64,000 nt of DNA from Chara braunii (lineage: Eukaryota; Plantae; Charophyceae), in NCBI GenBank assembly GCA_003427395.1, contig BFEA01000038.1, forward strand, positions 4,910,135-4,974,134. The letters are read 5' to 3'. The notes below the pieces were generated by a model. The model was given only the letters and a program-made list of their open reading frames with translations. It did not search any database and had not been told where the DNA came from. Made by a program: the position numbers and the translations under genes. Positions within the stretch are counted from its first letter, which is position 1; every line of letters begins with the position of its first letter. Shown here piece by piece: positions 10,701 to 22,102 of this stretch.

Positions 10701-13700
10701 TTCGCAGCAAGTGATGCTATTTTTTTGAAGCCCTCTTCTCCTTTTTCTCCTCTCTTCCAAGTGTAGACGGGAACGTTCGCACCCAATACATGTCTTTGAA
10801 ATGGCGACGGTGGTTGATCCACCTCTCGGACGTCAATCCTTGATTACGGTACTTATCAAACACATCGGAAAGGTTCTCGAAGAATGGTTCCGTCCACTCT
10901 GATAACTTCCTGTGAGGGTCAGAAATGAAGATGAAGTAGTGAAACATCCTCAACATTGCTCTTTCAATGTTCACCATTTCCACGTATGTCTCAGTTGAAT
11001 GTTTCCCGACACTTTGAGCAGCTCTACTTCGCTTAGGAGTCAGTATTACATTGCCTGTGAGAATGTATCGCAACAGTTGAAGCCGCTCACGCCTCCCAAG
11101 CGCTAAAAAAGACTTCCACGCTCTGATATCTAGATCGTGCAAAGCCACGAGGTAACCTGGTCCTTTGGTACCCTGAACCCTGTGTACCGGAAGCCTAACT
11201 CCACCTTTCAACTCAAATCCGGGTCCAGCCCTCGGTGCCTTTCCTGATTCACCTTGTTTGGTAGCAGGCTTCACATCATCTCTCCCCGGCAATTATCCAG
11301 CCTCCCAAGCGGCGTACAGTTGTTTCACCTTTTCGAAAACGTCATCTGTCGCCCTTGCCAATAATATGTAGGGCCCGAGGGCGTCAGACCACTGACCGCT
11401 CCATTGAGTAGTAAGGGACATGTCAACCAAATAGTTAATCCCGGTCAAAGGAAGAGCCTCTCCTGCAAACTTTCTATAATCTGCATTTTTCACTTTCGTC
11501 GCAGAGCCGCCTTTAGCTTCAGGACAGTTCGATGCTTGCCACAACTCTCGTATGTTTTGGATGACCACGATCTTGTGCGGTGGGGTATTCCATTTGTCCT
11601 TGGCGTTTTGGAAAGTGCTCAGCGTGCCGTAATTGTCCATGCTCTTACCCGGATAATAAACAAGCCTCGCAGTCCAGCGATCCAATCGGAGCTCATGTGT
11701 GATGTCAGGGCGTTCAACAAAACACCTTCTTGCCGCCGCCATGTTATGCTGACTGCTGAGAGGGTAGTAGTAGTACTTGTTCACAGAGCCGAGGTCGAAT
11801 TCATCGGGCAACAATCTCCTTGCTCTCACAATCCTCTCTGAAGCGTCAGTATGCATTGTATCATGGAGGGCAACCAACAAAAGGACAGGCTTTTCATACA
11901 ATGTACAAACATTGACACCGGCAGCTCCATTCATTCTCTCTCTGATAGCAGCCTCACCCGATGCAACCATTGCGTCATAAATGTCATCAATCATCTGCTG
12001 CACAAGATAACATTGATTGTATCTGGATTCCCCGTCGGGGATATCCAGAATTCTGTCGAACTTGACAGAAATGAATTCCATGTCTGGACACTGGTTCCCA
12101 TGCTCGTCCAACTCAAGGAAGAAGCATTTGCTGAGAACACCAGAAGAAGTCTCCGATGGCACATTTCGCAAACTTGGCGGCCTAGTAACTGTCTTGCCTT
12201 CGGCCTCTTCATCCGATTGTGGTTGTTCCGCTGAAAAAACGGAAGTCTTTTCCATGACGCCACCCTTTGCCGTTTTTTTCTTTGGCTGCTGCTTTTTCTT
12301 CGTGGCCGCCTCAGTCTCTAGTGTGCGCTGGACCCCCTCATCCACGGACAATAGTTTGAATTGTCTTTTCTGACCCGCTTCCTGCTCACTCCGTTTACTA
12401 TCCAAAGCACTTCTCCTCTCCTGCCTGTGCTTCCTCTTTCGCTCGGCGAGCCCAACAGCATCTGTATGTGCAGTCACAGCCACTATCTCGTGGTGCAACC
12501 CCCCTCGTGTTGGATGCACATCCCCCTCACATCCTTCGTCGCTGCCCCCATATCCCCTTGCCTGACCAACCTCTGCATCCAATTCGCTGATAATGTGCTC
12601 AGTGTCTTCATCCTGTCCAACCACTTTACTTGTTTCCCCATAGCGCCTCGTCATGTCACCGACACCCACCGCATACTGTTCCTGTCCTCCTGCTCGTTCC
12701 GAATATTCCTCGCCGTTCTCGTCATCATCATCTTCAAAATATTCATGGGCTTCCTCTGCGCGGCTTGGCACAGTGTAATCGCAGTGGTGCTAGCCCACCA
12801 AGGGGAGAGGTCCCTTGGTGGCTGCTGCATAGCGCGGTTGGCTGCCCAAGGCAACTGATGCTTTGGTTGCCGTTGGCCTGGACTTCACAGGGGCTGACGA
12901 CACGACCAGTCCGCGATACGAACCCTTCTCTCCAATCTGCCCAGCTTTCGGAGCCGGTGGTGTGTCGCGGATCGTGATCGAAGACCCAGTCTCCACGGTT
13001 TTTGAAAGCACGCATTTAGGCTCCGATATGCTGTCTTCTGGATGCACAACCGGCTCTTCGCCCGCAGTCACATTACGGTCGAAGAACCCGAGGACGTCGT
13101 CCAGCTCAGGCAACTTCACTTCCGTACTCTCTGGTGTGTTGAATACATCAACAAGCGACTTTCCATATCCTGCGTGTTTGGCCCATCGAAGAGCGACGTG
13201 TTTAACATTCAACATCCTTTCCCCTTTTCCATTCAGGACCATCGTCAACTCGAACATTGCAGACGGTGCATCTTGTCCACATCAGGCTACCAACCGGCAC
13301 AATACTGTCTTTCATGACCACGTATAGAACCAGGCCACTTGATGGTTCTCAGATCTCTACCACCCAGTCCAACATCCAGAACTTGTCCTTGTGATCAACC
13401 ACGGGCACATCGTCCCGCCGACCCGCGGCAGTCGTTTCACCAGACGGTTTACGTCCGGGCACAACGTCCACTGCAGATTTTCCCTCCCGAGGACCAGGCA
13501 CACGTTCCTGACCCACAGGCTCGCCAGTCATCAACAGAGCCTTATCCGGTCCAGAGCCCCGAACACGAGTCGATGGAGTGCCTATGGAAGGTGCACCCCT
13601 CGAAACCAGAGTGCCTGTGGAAGGCCCAGTCTGTGGAACCAGACTGCGTGTGGAAGGCGCAACCCGCGGAACCGGGGTGCGTCGGCTCTTAGCCTGACTC

Positions 13701-13804
13701 CCCCCTCCACCGGTCGGCGTCCCCTTCGATTTTTTCGGAGATTGTTCCATGCTCCTTGAACTCTTACTTAATCGCTGTTTACTTGTCTTCCCTTCTCGTT
13801 CCAT
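7791..13804 (-). pseudogene. Large decayed gene (~2000 codons): ParB/Srx-like domain, degenerate beta-class DNA MTase-like domain, Gly/Ser-rich linker
   Basis: ORFs 12790-13257, 11293-12771 and 10717-11292 share one frame; 10592-10822, 9104-10582, 8819-9058 and 8348-8797 share another. Frameshifts near 13350, 10790 and 8600. ParB-like motifs YNQC..., YYYPLSSQHN, LSTFQN; MTase-like EREP...EAVVFLGKGHTALIWELLKSHRHCIVLEEE. Confidence 0.7.
8140..8560 (-). repeat. Coding minisatellite (Gly/Ser-rich GSGPSGGAHGK-like repeats)
   Basis: Plus-strand unit gatcccttgccatgtgcaccgccgcttggtcct recurs about 8 times, partly at 48-bp spacing. Confidence 0.8.
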
Positions 13805-13967
13805 GTCTTGCAGCGTTGTCGAATCTGAAAGCGACACAGCACATCACCGCAAAGCCAAACATCAGAAGGTCGCCCAACATTGGCATCGCACGACGAGTAG
13901 AAAAGTGAAACGTTTTAGATAGTGGTAAGGTAGCGCAGCTCGATCGCGGCAAGGCAGCCCCGGAGAT

Positions 13968-14262
13968 GGAGTTCGAATCGACCGCGATCGTGTTCAATTC
14001 GACCGCGATCATGCTCGCCTTGACTCGACCGTGTTCGACGTGATCGTGTTCGTGTTCGACTCGATCGTGACGGGCCAGCTCGATCGTGTTGGACTCGATC
14101 GTGGTGGGCCAGCGTGACCCAGAAGATTGTGATCGTGCTCGTGACCCAGAGGCGTGCTCGCGATCGTGGCGGGCCATGGCCCAGCTCGATCGAGTTCGAC
14201 TCGAACGTGGCGGGCCAGCGCGACCCTCGAGGTCAGCTCGATCGTGTTCGACTCGATCGTTG
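13968..14262. repeat. Palindrome array I (ATCGWGTTCGACTCGAT family)
   Basis: For example atcgagttcgactcgaa at 14189 and atcgtgttcgactcgat at 14241; lies just upstream of the large minus-strand gene. Confidence 0.75.
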
Positions 14263-14901
14263 CTGGCCATCGTGACAGAGAACGAGAGCGGCGTATCCAA
14301 GAGCAGGCAAACAGAACACGGGAGCGGCGTATCCAATAAGTCACATCAAACAAGTCACATCAAACAAGTCACATCAATCGAGGCACACTGCAGCCGGCTA
14401 TCAACAGATGCACCGCTATCAATTCAGAATTCAAAGCCTACATCCATTATCAATNNNNNNNNNNNNNNNNNNNNNNNNNNNNNNNNNNNNNNNNNNNNNN
14501 NNNNNNNNNNNNNNNNNNNNNNNNNNNNNNNNNNNNNNNNNNNNNNNNNNNNNNNNNNNNNNNNNNNNNNNNNNNNNNNNNNNNNNNNNNNNNNNNNNNN
14601 NNNNNNNNNNNNNNNNNNNNNNNNNNNNNNNNNNNNNNNATCCATTATCAATTCCAAGCATTCAATTGGCAACGCATGCAATCGGCACCCACAACGAGCG
14701 ACACACAGTCTCAACGCATGTAATCGGCATCGACAATCTCACATCAAACTTACTGCTCCCATAACATAAATAGTCTCAGTTCACACTCTTGCTGAATAGC
14801 TCACATTTCTTACACTGTTAATCTCCCACGACCTCGTCTATCGTTTAGCCCCGAAACCGTACAGTGCGTCCAGGGATGAACCGTACGTCAAGAGCTGGGG
14901 A

Positions 14902-15672
14902 CTAGACAGGGTAGCAGTGGCGGAGAAGCGAGACACGTATCGCGCTCGGACGGAACCACATGTTCTGGATCAAGTGTGACCGATGGCGTCTCCAATGACC
15001 GTCACGTACTCCCCGACCTCCTCCCAATGCCGGGGTCAAATTTACCGTTCCTATAACCATGCGGTAACAAAATCGTGTCCCCGTCAACGATGAGCTCGTT
15101 TCTTGACACGTAAATAGCTGCCTCCGCTGAAGTCTTACTTCTATTTCTTACCGAAACACACAGAACCCTAGCGAAAGGGAAACGATATGCATGCAGAAGT
15201 ACGACACACTCCCCGTCAAGTTGTCCACGAAGGGAAGCGGATATTTCTCTAGAAACTGGTTGTATTTCGCACAGTCCAGCAACTCCTCCTTCATCAATGG
15301 TCCCCACAAGCGTGGCGAACACGACACGTTGTGCACACTCAACGATAAAGACAAGCCTCAGGTACGAAATGCTGCAGACAACCTCGGCGTGTGTTTCGTC
15401 ACGAGGATGTGGTCGAGGAAGATGAATGTCCCCCATTCCTGGCTGGAGGCAAGTCGATAATCAGACGCCCATGGGCAGTCTTTCACGGTGTTCTCCCAGT
15501 CTAACTCCGACCATGCATCGAAAGGCCTGCCAAGCCAGGGCACAACGCTCATCCAAGGGTCCGATTCGAAGTCATCTCTTCGAGCCCCAAGCACAGTAGT
15601 CACCTCCCTTGAACCCTGCATGTACGGCGCGCTAGCATTCAAAGGGAACGAGTACTCGAACCAGTGATCCAT
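14902..15672 (-). pseudogene. Hypothetical ~255-codon gene with two in-frame stops, unknown function
   Basis: ORFs 15358-15738, 15148-15354 and 14902-15087 are all in one frame; globular-looking, Trp-rich sequence beginning MDHWFEYSFP. Confidence 0.55.
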
Positions 15673-15861
15673 CGCGAATGTCCTACACACACAAACGATT
15701 GACGACCACAACAAACACTCAGGGAACGAGAGAGCCATTGCTCAGGTTGAACCAATGTTGCACACACAACAAGGACCCGTCGCAGTCGCGAATGTCGTAC
15801 ACACATCAAGGAGCCATTGCGAATGTCCAATACACAAGGAGAAGACACACAGAACGACAAG

Positions 15862-16830
15862 CGAGGCGAACTCGACGGCCATCGTCGAGTTCATCTCGAC
15901 AAAGGCCATCCGCGCCTATCCATCGTCGAGTTTGAATCGACGACGGCCAAGGCCAGACGGCTGTCATCTAGTTCGAATCGACAACGACCCTGCGTCAAGA
16001 CCTCTGGCCACTGTGGAGTCGATCCCGACGCCCACCACCAAGGCCTCTGGCCATTGTCGAGTCGAACTCGACGACGGACGAATCGACAACAGTGGCCAGA
16101 ACGCCGTCGTCGAGTTCGACTCGACAGTGGCCGGAGGCTGTCGTCGAGTCGAACTCGACATATGGCCTGACGGCCGTCGTCGAGTCGAACTCGACGGTGG
16201 GCCACCACCAAGGCCTCTGGCCATTGTCCAGTCGAACTCGACGGTGGGCCACCACGGATGAATCCACAAACCCTAGACGACCGTCGTCGAGTTTGACTCG
16301 ACAGTGGCCAGACGGCCGTCGTCGAGTTCGACTCGACAGTGGCCAGACGGTCGTCGCTGAGTCGAACTCGATATTGGCCAGACGACCGTCGTTGAGTTCG
16401 ACTCGATAGTGGCGAGACGGCCGTCGTTGAGTCGAACTCGACAGTGGCCAGACGGCCGTGGTCGAGTTCGACTCGACAGTGGCCGGCCGACCGTCGTCGA
16501 GTCGAAGTCGACAGTGGTCAGACGGCCATCGTCGAGTCGAACTCGACAGTGGCCAGACGGTCGTCGTCGAGTTCGACTCGACAGTGGCTAGATGGTCGTC
16601 GTCGAGTTCGACTTGACAGTGGCCGGACGGTCGTCGTCGAGTCGAACTCGACAGTCGGCCAGCGCCAAGGCCTCTGGCCATTGTCGAGTCCGACTCGACG
16701 ATGCCCTCAGGCCGTTGTCGAGTTTGACTCGACAGTAGCCGAGTTCGACTCGACCGCAGGTCGTTGTCGAGTTCGACTCGACAATGGCCATAGGCCTTGG
16801 CGCTGGTCCACCGTCGAGTTTGACTCGACG
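15862..16830. repeat. Palindrome array II: 35-bp tandem unit GTCGAGT-NNN-ACTCGAC + AGTGGCCAGACGGYCGTC
   Basis: Exact 35-bp period from 16321 to 16636 (10 units), with looser copies either side. Confidence 0.9.
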
Positions 16831-17731
16831 ACGGCCTCTGCGCAGGTGGAAATGCCACGTGGCAGCACGTGGTTGCTTGACGGGGGTTTACCGTTCTCCC
16901 AGGCCTCCGCTGCTGCCTTCGATGCGAAAGCTTGGAACTTCGGTCCGATGTTGCGCGAACCTCCGATGTACGAGTGGGAACTCCGTTGCATTCTGCGCGA
17001 GCCTCCGATGTGCGAGTGAGCGCTCCGCCGGGTTCGGACGATGTGCGCGAACCTCCACAGCGCTCTGTCGATCTCGACAAACTTCCAGAAATGGAAAATG
17101 GTGAGCCCACACCACTATTTGTACTTTCTGTGGAGGGCAGAACGGACGCTCGGCACAGCCGTCCAATCGCGAGATGTTGATGGTTGGGGTGTCCGGCAGT
17201 GCTGCCTGCGGGGTGTGGATTCGGGTCCCGGTGCCGGGGGGGAATTGGTGCCGCGGGAGCGACATTTCGGGTCTCGGGAAACTCTGGGCCGTCATCCGTC
17301 GCCTGAGGGCCAGGATCGGGTACGGGGAAAACCGGTGCTGCGGGGAGAATCGGTGCCAAGGGGGCGACGATTCGACTGCCGGTGCCTTCTGCGACTGTTT
17401 AAACGGGCTCCGCAGGTGGATCTAAGGGTCTTTTTCCTTGCATCGCTCCCCGAGAAAAGTACCGGTGCAGTGTCACCTTCGCGTCGACGCGACAGACAGC
17501 TGCGTTGCTGCTCCGATTCATGCCTCCTTTGACCTTGGTGAGTTCAGAATCCACACCGCCCCCGCCNNNNNNNNNNNNNNNNNNNNNNNNNNNNNNNNNN
17601 NNNNNNNNNNNNNNNNNNNNNNNNNNNNNNNNNNNNNNNNNNNNNNNNNNNNNNNNNNNNNNNNNNNNNNNNNNNNNNNNNNNNNNNNNNNNNNNNNNNN
17701 NNNNNNNNNNNNNNNNNNNNNNNNNNNNNNN

Positions 17732-17768
<37 letters not shown>

Positions 17769-17835
17769 TTTCGCCGTTCTTTGTTTTTCAGGACGTCAAC
17801 AAAATTTCTCTGACAGTTCACAGAGGCGTCCATCA

Positions 17836-18470
17836 TTGAGTCCGACACGACGACCGTCGTAATCAACACGATGACGGTCGAGCGCGGACATGTTCACCAC
17901 GTGTTGAACACGACCCCACCATCATGTTCAACACGATGAGGGTCGCTGTCATCGTGTTGAACACGACCACAGTGGTTCGCCACGACCCCGTGGTTGTGTT
18001 CAATACGATGACGGTTGTGTTCGACACGATGACGGTCGCTGTCGTAGTGTTGAACTCGACCGCGTTGGCTCGCCGCCGTGACGGTGATCGTGTTCAACAA
18101 GACGACGGTCGAGCGGAGACATGTTCACCTAGAAAGCACCGTCGTGTTCAACACGACGACGGTCGCGCATCGTCATCTTCGACACGACCGCGGTGGCTGT
18201 CGTGCAGAGACAGGTATCGAGCATGACACAACGATGGTCGAGCGCGTACATGTTGAACACGACCACGCCATCGTGTTGAACACGATGACGGTAGCAGTCA
18301 CCGCGTGAGCCTGTTGTGTTGTGCAATGCGATGATGCATCATCGTGTTCAACATGGCTGAGGCGACAGATCATCGCGTTCAACACAACAGTCGGCGGCTG
18401 TCCAACACAGCATCCGTCATCGTATTCAACACACATTCGGTCGACGTGTTCGAGCCGATCGCCGTGTCTC
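17836..18470. repeat. Palindrome array III (RTCGTGTT-S-AACACGAY)
   Basis: gtcgtgttcaacacgac at 18141, atcgtgttgaacacgat at 18270, and many degenerate copies. Confidence 0.8.
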
Positions 18471-19230
18471 TCGTGGATCGCTTTTGTTGCAGACTGTGTT
18501 TTTTTTTTCTGCCTTCACGGGGCTGATCTTTTACATCAGCTGTGTGTGGCTAGCAGTGGCCTCGCTATACCATATGTGTTGCACTCTATATATACCGCAT
18601 GTGATCCATCTAGCTGCAGATTTGTTACTGATATACATGTCTTGTGCCAGTGGTCCACTTTTTTGTCATCGCAGAAACATTTTAAATGGCTTGTGGTGGG
18701 TATGCACCACGGCAAGCTGCCAGCACAACTTTGGAAAGCATGGACTGTGTGGCATCTAATATACTGCCTAATGATGAATTTCCTCCACCGGACCTGCCAA
18801 TGTTTTCGCAAGACGTTCAAATAACTCCAGAATCTCCTGATCATAAAAGGTCCCGGATGGCTACATGTGAAGAAACCACATGCAAAAGTGCATCTCCAAC
18901 CTTGGGTGGACCAGTGAAAACCTCTGATGCAGAAGGTTTGGAAGGTCAGGGTAGGGCATGCTCCGGTGACAAGAACACATCCGATGTAGATCGTATCATG
19001 TGGGTGCCAAGAAGTTCGCTACGAGATTTCAAGCGCACAGGCCTTCTGTTTGGCGAGAGTGATGAAGATGGTTCGGAATGAGGTTCTTCGATGTCATCTG
19101 ATGCCGACAGTTCTCCAGACAAAATTGATCATCCATAAACTTGTGATAGTGATGTCACTGACCTCTACTGTCGCAATGATATGGAGAATTCTGATGTCAT
19201 CTCTTATTTTGATGACATTTTCCCAAAACG

Positions 19231-19862
19231 TTTGTCGTCTGAGAAGCGTTGTCGAGCGCATCGGCCCTCGCGTGAACAAGGGCCCTCCCGAGTCCCGACC
19301 ATGTCACGCAAGAGATAAACAAAACAAAATTCGTCAGAGCTCCTGGCCCTTGATCGAAATCAATGGCCAGGAGCCATGTGCCTTGGTTCTCCCCTAAGGG
19401 AACTAGGGTCTTTAACCCCCAGCAGTATCTGGCCGCTTCCCTGGGCCAGATACTTCTGGAAATGGCTGTATTCAGCCATTTACTGCAGCCTGCCGAAACC
19501 GAACAGGCGCAGTCCCATCAGCCCCTAGAAGCTTCTAGGGGCTGCACGTGTTCTACGATCGCGGCCACGTCCGTGGCCGTTATTTTTTTTTTTTCTGCCC
19601 CCTTCCTTACTTTTTTTTCTCTTTTTTTTTCTTTCTTTTTACCCCCTGGTTTTGCTTGTGAGAACCAGCCCGTTGCTTAACAGCAAACGGGCGGGGTCAT
19701 TTCACAGAGTCGAACTAGAGTCAAGCTCAAAGGGGGCTTTTTCCCCCTCTGTTCCGCGCGCCCACCTCTGGACGTTTACGGGACCAGGTTCGGGCGTGTC
19801 GCAGTCTGCTGCAGCCTGTTTCTCAAAATGAACGGGCGCAACATTGCAACCCGTCAGGATGG

Positions 19863-19923
<61 letters not shown>

Positions 19924-21205
19924 ATCTCTCTCTCTCTCTCTCTCTCTGAAACTTCGACAGTTGCGACCGTTCGTCGCGACTGAAAACAACCCAAAGCGCG
20001 TGCAGATAGTTCCTCATAACGTACCTTAAGGCCCAGAGGCCTGCCCCCGAAGGTTGCCACTTTCTCTGTCACATTCATTCATTCTTGCTCATCCTTAGAT
20101 GGCAAGTCAGCCCGTTCGTTTTGATGAACGGGCACTCCAAGTAAGACCACGAACATAAGAATAAGAAAAAAAAGAAGAAAATCTAATAAAACAAAGAATC
20201 AAACTAAAAAGAATCTAAAACAAAATCTAAAAGAAGAAAATCTAAAGAAATCTAAAAAAAATCTGAATAAAACGAAAAAAAACAACTTACCTGATTGCGA
20301 GAACAGTCGCCCATTTTTCAGCGCGCTGTTTGGTGCACTGAGGCTGAAACGCCCCAGTCACTTCTGGGGGCGCCAACTTGCGCTTCGTTTTCACTTAGTT
20401 TAAGTTTTTTTTCTTTTTTTCATTGTCTTTTTTTTTTTGCTTCCGTTGGCTTATGCCAACGGTTACATCTCGTGGCTGGCCCACGAGCCTTGAGATACAG
20501 ATCCGAGTTCAAGTCCTTACGGACTTTAAAATAAGAAAAAAAAAAAAATAGACCATTTCTCGATTTGTGTGTGTCATTCTTGCGCACGGGCCATGCTGAT
20601 TGTCGCGCGGCCAATCGGGACCGGACGATCCTCCAGATCGACGGCCAGATCTGGCGCGCCGGTAGCATCACGAACAGCCAGCTCCAAAAGGAGCTAGCCC
20701 AGGTGCGCGGTATGTTGGCTTCGATCCCAATACTTGCTGGGTATGAGTCACCTGCTATAACCTAGTGGGCTAGCTCCTATCACAATAGTGATAGGAGCTG
20801 CTCTTCTATAACAAGAGTTGGCCCAACCACTATTCCCCCATGGCGGGGCTTTGCACGCCCCGCCCGCCTATGGCCTCACAAGCTCTGCCGGCCTACGGCA
20901 CTGCAGGCCCTGCCTGCCTGCTTGTGGCCCTACAGGCGTTGCCGACAGGCCTTACACCGTTGGTAGGCCGCGTGATCTCGACACCGGCCTATCAACCTTC
21001 TGCCTCGATGCCGAACCCCGCTGCCCAGAAAAAGAAACCTTCTTCCTATTTTCCCCTGCGCCGCGGTCCTATACCTGACGCACCCCTTTTTTAAGCCTCC
21101 TTAGGCCCTGAATCGCGCGGATTAACAGCCACGCGACCTTATTATAGGTAGGTTAGGTTTAATTTTTAACGTTCTTATCTCCGCGCGTCCCTGCGGCATG
21201 TGACA
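19231..21205. mobile_element. Probable solo LTR (~1.97 kb)
   Basis: Flanked by a 5-bp direct repeat AAACG (19226-19230 and 21206-21210). Ends ...TGTGACA and starts (tt)TGTCG, so the left terminus is imperfect. Non-coding, with (CT)n at 19866-19947 and an A-rich tract at 20160-20285. Confidence 0.6.
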
Positions 21206-21794
21206 AAACGAAGCATTACCATACACATTCATTACTCCTGGACGCCACAAGCATTCAGACTAACGTTCAAAACTTTTTGTCTGACAGTCATAGGTCAGGT
21301 CTGAATAAACTATTGGCAAACTTCGTCTCATTAAGTCCTTCAATTCAACACAGAAGTCGGACGGCGTCGGACGTTGAAAAACCCCGGCAAATACCCTTAT
21401 CAGGGTATTTTCCCCGACAGCATTCCCGGACCCCATTGAACGACGTCCCCGTCGTTCACCATCAAAATAGAAGTCAGGGTTCTTCCAAAATGATTACAAT
21501 ACATAACAACGTTACAATCCGCTTAAAACGAAGTTGAAGCCTTCTTCGATTGGCAACCACTCAAGAAATTTTTGTTCCTTAGAATGGTACCGAAAACCCT
21601 TCGACTAGTTTCAAGCTACATCCACTCAGTTGATACTATCATTTATCCAAAAAAAACAGGATTAACCCCCTGATAGGTCTTTCGAATGTATCAACCTCCT
21701 GGAGTCGTTCAAACAAAATATGAATAATCAAATATATATGTGTAATAATTCATGTCGCAACCCCTTTTTTATATAAGTCCTTGAAGAGCGCACT

Positions 21795-22102
21795 GATCAA
21801 GACAGGTCTCCCTGTCGCAGGTATACTCTTACAAAGGGGAAAGGAGAACATTGATCAAAACAGATTTCAACCGCCGCAGACGAACTCCTTTATTTTAGAA
21901 GAGGACACTGATCAAGATGGTTATCCCACCGCAAATGAACTTTTTTCTCCCTCAGAAGCAAATGTCGATCAAGACAGCTTTCCCTGCCGCAGACAAGTTC
22001 TTCTCTACTTCAAGTTGAGAACAAAATGCTGATCAAGATAGGTTTCCCTGCCGTAGACGAACTGCTCTGATAAAGATAGGTTCCCCCGCCGCAGACGAAG
22101 TC
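21795..22102. repeat. ~57-bp degenerate tandem repeat, 6 copies
   Basis: tgatcaagayaggtttccctgccgcaga-like motif at 21795, 21852, 21909, 21966, 22030 and 22068. Confidence 0.8.

Noticed and set aside
15862-16830. CRISPR array, or the 454-aa ORF 15995-17359 as a real gene
   Set aside because: Linkers are near-identical (a tandem repeat), and ORFs in all frames are artefacts of a stop-poor 35-bp unit.
20760-20800. Helitron 3' end (hairpin plus CTAG)
   Set aside because: On the minus strand CTAG is followed by G rather than T, no matching 5' TC end or RepHel is seen, and the site lies inside an LTR-like insertion.
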